A DNA stretch of 29,832 nucleotides. It comes from a virus. Its lineage: Duplodnaviria; Caudoviricetes. Numbering within the stretch: the stretch's first letter is position 1; every line of letters starts with the position of its first letter. Location: the IMG/VR virus record IMGVR_UViG_3300032373_001157, positions 1 through 29,832 of that record. The stretch is one strand, 5' to 3'. Under the pieces are notes generated by a model that worked only from the letters and a program-made list of their open reading frames with translations, was not told the origin of the DNA and did no database searches. Shown here piece after piece: positions 24,734 through 29,832 of this stretch. Made by a program: the position numbers and the translations under genes.

Positions 24734-26115
24734 CCAGCACCCCAAACCTCGCCTTGCCCTTTCTGGCTGCCGCCCAGGCCCAGAAACATGTGACCGTGAA
24801 TGAAGCCTTGAGCCATCTCGACGGGCTGGTGCAGCTTTCGGTGATCGCCACCAACCTGACCGTGCCGCCCGGCACGGCGGCTGAAGGCGATCGCTATATC
24901 ATTGCCGCGGGCGCAACCGGGGCATGGGCGGGCTGGGACAACTCTGTGGCCCTGTTCTCCGGCGGTGCCTGGTTACAGCTGATTCCCCAGACCGGCTGGA
25001 TTGCCTGGGATCAGGATGTCGGTGGCATTATCACCTATGACACAACCACTGGCTGGACGGCGCTGGCAACCGGCACATCGGCGTTTTTGGCCCTGAGCGA
25101 CACGCCAGCGGGTTTTACCGGACAGGCGGGCAAAGCCCTGCAGGTCAATGGCGCGGAGTCCGCCCTTGAATTTGTTGTGCCCGCGGCTGGTGGCAGCGGA
25201 GGGGCTGCGCTGACCCAGCTCCCGGTCATAAATGGCGATTTTGAAACCGGCGACAGTACTGGCTGGGCCATCACTGTCGGTGCCGCTGCCGTGGCGGATT
25301 GGACGACCATGGCCGGGTACGATACGGCCGGGGCGAATACGGTGCGCAACGGGATTTACGTGTTTTCTGGCGGTGAAGGCGGATCGGCGCAAGCGCTGGT
25401 AACCGCCTATCAGGACATTGATATTACGGGAGATGCCTCTGCGCTTTATTGGGTGACCGCAGACCTTCTGAAGAACTATCAGGATCAGGACATCCCAATG
25501 ATCACCTTTGAAATCCTTGACGCAGGCGGATCCGTGCTGGCAACCACCTCCGCCAGCAAAACGGACGGTCAGGTAGGGATCAAGCCGGTCATCCTCACTC
25601 TTGCACGACCCGGCAATGCTGCGACCGCCCGTATCACGATAAGTGTGGACCGCAACACAGGCAGCAACAACAATGCGGCGATTGATAATGTCGTGCTTTT
25701 GGGATCTGGCATCGGGGCAGCCCCGACACCTGTCCCGGATACCATAGTGACGCAATCGCCAAACGGGGCTGCGATCGGTCTGCATGTCGCTGAGGAGTTG
25801 CTCACCGGACTTTCCGGTGCTTCGGTCACCTCCAGCATCGCCATTCCCGACCGCGCAATTGTGTTTGGCGTCTCCGCAAGAACCGTCAGCGCAATTACCG
25901 GCGCAACATCCTTTGACTGCGGCATTGCCGGGGAGGTGGCCAAGTTTGGTGGCAGTCTTGGCATTGCGCTCGGCAACAGCAATGTCGGTGTGATCGGACC
26001 GCAGGCGTTCTATGCATCAACCCCGATTGTGCTGACCGCAAATGGCGGAAGTTTCACCGGTGGCGATGTGCGCATCACCATCCAATATCTGCTGCCAACC
26101 GCCCCGCAATCGTGA
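24730..26115 (+). CDS. DUF2793-domain tail fibre-like protein with a central carbohydrate-binding-like domain
   Basis: N-terminal TPNLALP...AAQAQKHVTVNEAL..LD, central NGDFETGD.TGW...AIDNV, beta-rich C-terminal domain; ATGA overlap with megatron. Confidence 0.8.
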   Translation: MTSTPNLALPFLAAAQAQKHVTVNEALSHLDGLVQLSVIATNLTVPPGTAAEGDRYIIAAGATGAWAGWDNSVALFSGGAWLQLIPQTGWIAWDQDVGGIITYDTTTGWTALATGTSAFLALSDTPAGFTGQAGKALQVNGAESALEFVVPAAGGSGGAALTQLPVINGDFETGDSTGWAITVGAAAVADWTTMAGYDTAGANTVRNGIYVFSGGEGGSAQALVTAYQDIDITGDASALYWVTADLLKNYQDQDIPMITFEILDAGGSVLATTSASKTDGQVGIKPVILTLARPGNAATARITISVDRNTGSNNNAAIDNVVLLGSGIGAAPTPVPDTIVTQSPNGAAIGLHVAEELLTGLSGASVTSSIAIPDRAIVFGVSARTVSAITGATSFDCGIAGEVAKFGGSLGIALGNSNVGVIGPQAFYASTPIVLTANGGSFTGGDVRITIQYLLPTAPQS

Positions 26116-26135
26116 ATTTTCAAAAAGGAGTTTCC

Positions 26136-26417
26136 ATGACCCCGCCCAAACTTGACGCAGGCTTTGTCCGCATGCCCGAAGACGAATTCGAAGCCATGCT
26201 TGCGCGAGCGGCCGAGCGCGGCGCGCTCTGCGCGCTGGCCGATATGGGTCTCGACGGACCAGAGGCCGCCATCGACATTCGTGATCTGCGCACGCTGCTG
26301 GAATCCCTGCGCATGGCCCGGCGCACCGCCTGGCAGACCATCATTCGCATGATGACCACCGGCCTGCTGCTCGCCCTGATTGCCGGTGTAGCCGTCAGGT
26401 TGAAACTGTTCGGCTGA
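26136..26417 (+). CDS. DUF6127-like small membrane protein (holin candidate)
   Basis: AAGGAG RBS; AAERGA..ALAD.GL and a C-terminal hydrophobic helix (TTGLLLALIAGVAV); directly upstream of the endolysin. Confidence 0.7.
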   Translation: MTPPKLDAGFVRMPEDEFEAMLARAAERGALCALADMGLDGPEAAIDIRDLRTLLESLRMARRTAWQTIIRMMTTGLLLALIAGVAVRLKLFG

Positions 26418-26446
26418 CCACAAATTCAAATTCCCGCGACCACAGG

Positions 26447-26468
26447 CCCGCCACTCGGCGGGTTTTTT
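26447..26468 (+). terminator. Intrinsic terminator-like hairpin
   Basis: CCCGCC-ACTC-GGCGGG followed by TTTTTT. Confidence 0.75.
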
Positions 26469-26483
26469 CATTTGGAGGACCCC

Positions 26484-27176
26484 ATGACCATTCATTTCTT
26501 TGCCGACTGGCACGATGTGCCGAAAAAACTCTGGCGCTGGCCGGATTTTTCACCGGAAGAAATCGCCTGTCGTGGCGACGGCAATATCCAGATCAACGAG
26601 GCGGCCCTTGATCTGCTGCAAGCCTTGCGTACCCGCCTCGGTGTGCCGTTGATCGTGCAGTCTGCCTATCGCAGCCCTGACTATAACCGACAGGTGGGTG
26701 GCGCGAAACACTCCATGCATTTGCAGGGTGCGGCGTTTGATATTTCCATGACCAATCATGATCCGGTGGATTTTGAGGCAGCTGCACGGGCTGTCGGGTT
26801 TACCGGTTTTGGGTTTTATCCGCGGCAGAACTTCATGCATATTGATACCGACCGCGCCCGACAGTGGGGTGATCCGTTTCCGCCCCGCGCCACTCGCAGT
26901 GGTCGTACCACCCGGTTTGCGGATGAGCCGCCGCGGCTGCGTGAAAGCCTGACGGAAAGCCGCACCATGAAGGGCGGTGGCGCGGCCGGTGTTGCGACGC
27001 TGGGCGCGGCGGGTGTCGAGGTGGTGCAACAGGCCGTGACCGACACCCAATCCGCCGTCCAGCCTTTGATCCCCTATCTTGACACCCTGCGCTGGCTGTT
27101 CATCGCCGTGGCCCTGATTGGCATCGGCACCACCATCTATGCCCGTTGGGATGACTGGCGCAAAGGTCGGCGGTGA
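26484..27176 (+). CDS. Peptidase M15 family endolysin with C-terminal hydrophobic segments
   Basis: SAYRSP.YN..VGGAK.S.H..G.AFDI and FMHID zinc-peptidase motifs; GGAGG RBS; C-terminal WLFIAVALIGIGTTIY. Confidence 0.88.
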   Translation: MTIHFFADWHDVPKKLWRWPDFSPEEIACRGDGNIQINEAALDLLQALRTRLGVPLIVQSAYRSPDYNRQVGGAKHSMHLQGAAFDISMTNHDPVDFEAAARAVGFTGFGFYPRQNFMHIDTDRARQWGDPFPPRATRSGRTTRFADEPPRLRESLTESRTMKGGGAAGVATLGAAGVEVVQQAVTDTQSAVQPLIPYLDTLRWLFIAVALIGIGTTIYARWDDWRKGRR

Positions 27177-27430
27177 TGGGCGCGCTGATCGCTTGGTTCA
27201 CCGGCAGCCGCCTTGCGCTGGCTGTCGGGAAATGGGCGGCCATCGCCCTTACAATATCATTGTTCCTGCTGTCCCTGCGCCGCTCGGGCGAGCGCACGGG
27301 ACGGCTGGCGGAGCGACTTGAAAACCGGGAGAAAGCATATGAAATTCAACGTCGGATGCTTGAAGCTGCAATTCGCCGCCCCCGTAATCGTGACGAGCTT
27401 GCTCAGCGCCTGCGCCACGGTTGGTTCTGA
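27176..27430 (+). CDS. Inner-membrane spanin (Rz-like) candidate
   Basis: N-terminal transmembrane segment (WAAIALTISLFLLSL) then a charged helical region; TGATG overlap with the endolysin. Confidence 0.65.
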   Translation: MGALIAWFTGSRLALAVGKWAAIALTISLFLLSLRRSGERTGRLAERLENREKAYEIQRRMLEAAIRRPRNRDELAQRLRHGWF

Positions 27431-27590
27431 CCGGGTTGTTGGGGTGTGTCCGCCCGTGGTGGAATACAGCGCGGGGCTTCAGGCGCAGGCGGCGGAAGAA
27501 GTGCAAGAATTGCCCAAGGGATCGGCGTTAGTGGAAATGCTGAGTGACTATGCGGTCATGAGGGAGCAGGCGAAACGGTGCAGTATTTGA
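27339..27590 (+). CDS. Outer-membrane lipoprotein spanin (Rz1-like) candidate, 83 aa
   Basis: ATG 27339 after GGAGAAAG; signal peptide ending in lipobox LSAC (Cys codon 27411); CPP motif and C-terminal Cys; overlaps the Rz-like gene in another frame. Confidence 0.7.
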   Translation: MKFNVGCLKLQFAAPVIVTSLLSACATVGSDRVVGVCPPVVEYSAGLQAQAAEEVQELPKGSALVEMLSDYAVMREQAKRCSI

Positions 27591-28059
27591 TAGGAAAGCT
27601 TGTTTGGCATTTGACTTAGAGAGTACAACTTTATCATGCCCTGTCCGGCCAAATGAAGAATTTCGGACGCTCGCCTCAAAAGCAGACTGCGCCCGCGATC
27701 TTGCCAGCGCGGCAAGCGGGGGCGCAAGGTTGCGAATGCATGCGCAGTGGCAGTCGATGCGCCCGCCCTAATCTGCAGGTCGCTGCCAACTCAGCGAACA
27801 GCAAGAAAGAACACAACTTATCAAATGTTGCGCCAAGTCTGAACGTTTGCGATGTAAACGCAGGTGACAGTACCGAAACCCATGCGGCGACACCCATCGA
27901 TTACCGCACAAAAGCCTGGTGGCTAAGAAACACTCACTAAGGGCCTGGCACTTGAGGCGGCCGGCTACTGGGCACGAAGGATAGCCAGAAGGACTGAGCT
28001 CGCTCGTTTTGTTTGGCGAATAGCAAGTGACTTTCTCCGCCATCAAATTTCGTGAACTG

Positions 28060-29832
28060 CTAGGCGGCGGTCAGCTCACTTGCCGTGCGACACAGGCTCG
28101 CCAGTTTTTCGGCCCCGACAGGTTCTTGGGCCTGAATCGGGACAACCGCGTAGCAATTTGACAAGTCATCACGCACTTTCAATATCTGCTCTTGTTCTGA
28201 TCTGGCACGTTTGCACAACAGGGGGTGGCTGGTTTTGGCGGCGGCAAGGCTGGAATTGACGATCCAGCCCCAAGGCTCGATCCTGGCACGGCGTAAATCA
28301 TCCTGAAGCCGGGTTGACTCAAGTACTGGCGTGGTTTCCGGCAGTGTCACGATGACGATTTTTGTTTGTTTCGGGTCCTGAAGGCGCATCATCGGGGTGA
28401 CCAGCCGCGCCCGGCTTGCCTTGTCCTGATGTCGCAGGACGTCCTTGTGGTAAGATCCGGTGGCATCCAACAGCAACAAGGTGTGACCAGTCGGTGCAGT
28501 GTCCATGATCACGAATTTCCGGCTGCTTTCCCGGATCACGCGGGAGAAGGCCTGAAACACCGCAATTTCTTCGGTGCAGGGCGAACGCAGGTCTTCCTGC
28601 AGCATTGCGCGGGCCTGATCGTCCAGATCCCTGCCTTTGGTTGCCATCACTTCGGCGTGGTAGTTTGCGGTTTCAACGGCGGGATCAATGCGGCTGACGG
28701 TCAGGCCCTTTTGATCGCCCGCAAGCGTTTCGGTGATATGGGCGGCCGGGTCAGTGGTGGTCAGCAACACCTCATGCCCGCACGCGGCAAGTTCGGTGGC
28801 CACTGCAGCGGCCATTGTCGTTTTTCCGACGCCACCTTTGCCCATGAACATGATTAATCCCTTGCCCGGTCCTTCGAGTTCGTCGACCAGATCACCAAGG
28901 CACGGCAAAGTGCGACCGTGGTCGATAAGCTCTTGTCCCGCGTTAACCACGTCATCGCTGCCGGCTGCAAACCGTTTTAACGCGGCCAAACCAACCAGGT
29001 TTTCCGATCTCAGGGCAAAAAACGTGCGTGGCAGGGCGGCGACTTCGGGGGTCATTGCCGCCAAGGCGTCCTGATCGCGTTTCAACAGCGCCGTGGCCAG
29101 AGGATCGCCGTCGGTTGCCTCGGGCATCATGCCGTTAATTGCCAGGTGCTGGTTCCGAATGCCGATGTCGGCCAGTTCCAACGACGTTCGGGCGACTTCA
29201 GACAGCGCCGAATGGCGTGGCCGCGCCACCAGAACCAGTCGCGTGGCGTCCCCGTCAGACAGTCGGTCGACCGCTGCCGCATAACGATCCCGCTGTTTTT
29301 CCAATCCGGCCAGTGGCCCCAGGCAGGACGCGTCGCCCTTACCTTCCTGAAGAAAACCTGTCCAGGCACCGGGAAGTTTGAGCATCCGGATCGTGTGGCC
29401 GGTTGGGGCGGTATCAAATATGATGTGATCATAACGGGCCACCAGATCTTCGTCGGTCAGCAGCGCCGTGAATTCATCGAAAGCGGCAATTTCGATGGTG
29501 CAGGCCCCGGAAAGCTGTTCTTCGATGCTGGTCAGTGCCTCAGCCGGCAGGATGCCGCGCATCGGCCCGACGATGCGTTCGCGGTAATCTGCGGCGGCTT
29601 CCTCGGGGTTGATCTCGATCGCGTCAACGCCCGGCGCGGCGGTGATATGCGTGATCTTGTTGCCGATTTCCGTTTCAAAAACCTGCCCGACATTTGATGC
29701 CGGATCGGTGCTGACCAACAAAACCCTCAGGCCCTTACCAGCGAGGTTTAGCGTGGTGGCACAGGCCAGTGAGGTTTTCCCCACACCGCCCTTACCCGTG
29801 AAAAATACAAATTTGGGCAGATTGTCGAACAT
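28060..29832 (-). CDS. arsA: Arsenical pump-driving ATPase ArsA
   Basis: Two halves, each with GKGGVGKT and DTAPTGH; STDPASN and TTDPAAH; metalloid-binding Cys contexts SGACT, ASCLG and SPCT; 590 aa. Confidence 0.97.
   Translation of the reverse strand: MFDNLPKFVFFTGKGGVGKTSLACATTLNLAGKGLRVLLVSTDPASNVGQVFETEIGNKITHITAAPGVDAIEINPEEAAADYRERIVGPMRGILPAEALTSIEEQLSGACTIEIAAFDEFTALLTDEDLVARYDHIIFDTAPTGHTIRMLKLPGAWTGFLQEGKGDASCLGPLAGLEKQRDRYAAAVDRLSDGDATRLVLVARPRHSALSEVARTSLELADIGIRNQHLAINGMMPEATDGDPLATALLKRDQDALAAMTPEVAALPRTFFALRSENLVGLAALKRFAAGSDDVVNAGQELIDHGRTLPCLGDLVDELEGPGKGLIMFMGKGGVGKTTMAAAVATELAACGHEVLLTTTDPAAHITETLAGDQKGLTVSRIDPAVETANYHAEVMATKGRDLDDQARAMLQEDLRSPCTEEIAVFQAFSRVIRESSRKFVIMDTAPTGHTLLLLDATGSYHKDVLRHQDKASRARLVTPMMRLQDPKQTKIVIVTLPETTPVLESTRLQDDLRRARIEPWGWIVNSSLAAAKTSHPLLCKRARSEQEQILKVRDDLSNCYAVVPIQAQEPVGAEKLASLCRTASELTAA

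Larger units (their letters stand above)
1..27590 (+). mobile_element. Prophage late region (siphovirus-like; lambda-type head, RcGTA-type tail tip); extends left beyond the window, right boundary approximate
   Basis: Co-oriented, often ATGA/GTGA/TGATG-coupled run of terminase, portal, protease, capsid, tail tube, tape measure, baseplate and lysis genes. No integrase or att site is visible in the window. Confidence 0.95.

Noticed and set aside
26889-26906. GCCACT-CGC-AGTGGT mini-hairpin in the endolysin as a third in-frame palindromic insert
   Set aside because: The stem is too short to distinguish from chance without a homologue alignment.
27611-27637. TTGACT...TATCAT as a sigma70 promoter
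   Set aside because: Spacer is only 15 nt and there is no convincing downstream gene.
27653-28046. Small ORFs of 73-95 aa between the spanin and arsA
   Set aside because: No RBS or motif support, atypical composition, and they overlap each other on both strands.

Overview
Bases 1-~27590 are the late (packaging, morphogenesis and lysis) region of a high-GC alphaproteobacterial, Rhodobacteraceae-like prophage. In order: two DNA methyltransferase genes; a small antisense operon; a lambda-type head module (terminase small and large, gpW, portal, S49 protease with a nested scaffold gene, decoration protein, gpE capsid); head-tail and tail genes (tube, -1 frameshifted tail assembly chaperone, tape measure); an RcGTA-type tail tip (DUF2460, DUF2163, NlpC/P60, megatron) plus a DUF2793 fibre; and a lysis cassette (holin candidate, peptidase M15 endolysin, overlapping spanins). 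Two toxin-antitoxin cassettes (XRE-HTH + HipA, and AbrB-type + VapC) are inserted antisense inside the tail operon. A complete arsA lies on the minus strand at the right edge. The most striking signal is the C5-cytosine methyltransferase locus (1258-2451). It appears dual-coded over its whole length: motifs I-VIII are in one frame, and a WPTP-repeat array with a motif IX-like segment is in the +1 frame. An apparent 1-bp deletion near 2332 moves motif X out of frame. Other oddities are a ~180-aa beta-rich insert in the megatron TIM barrel and short in-frame hairpin insertions at tail-gene junctions. All family assignments come from motif recognition and synteny; no database searches were run.
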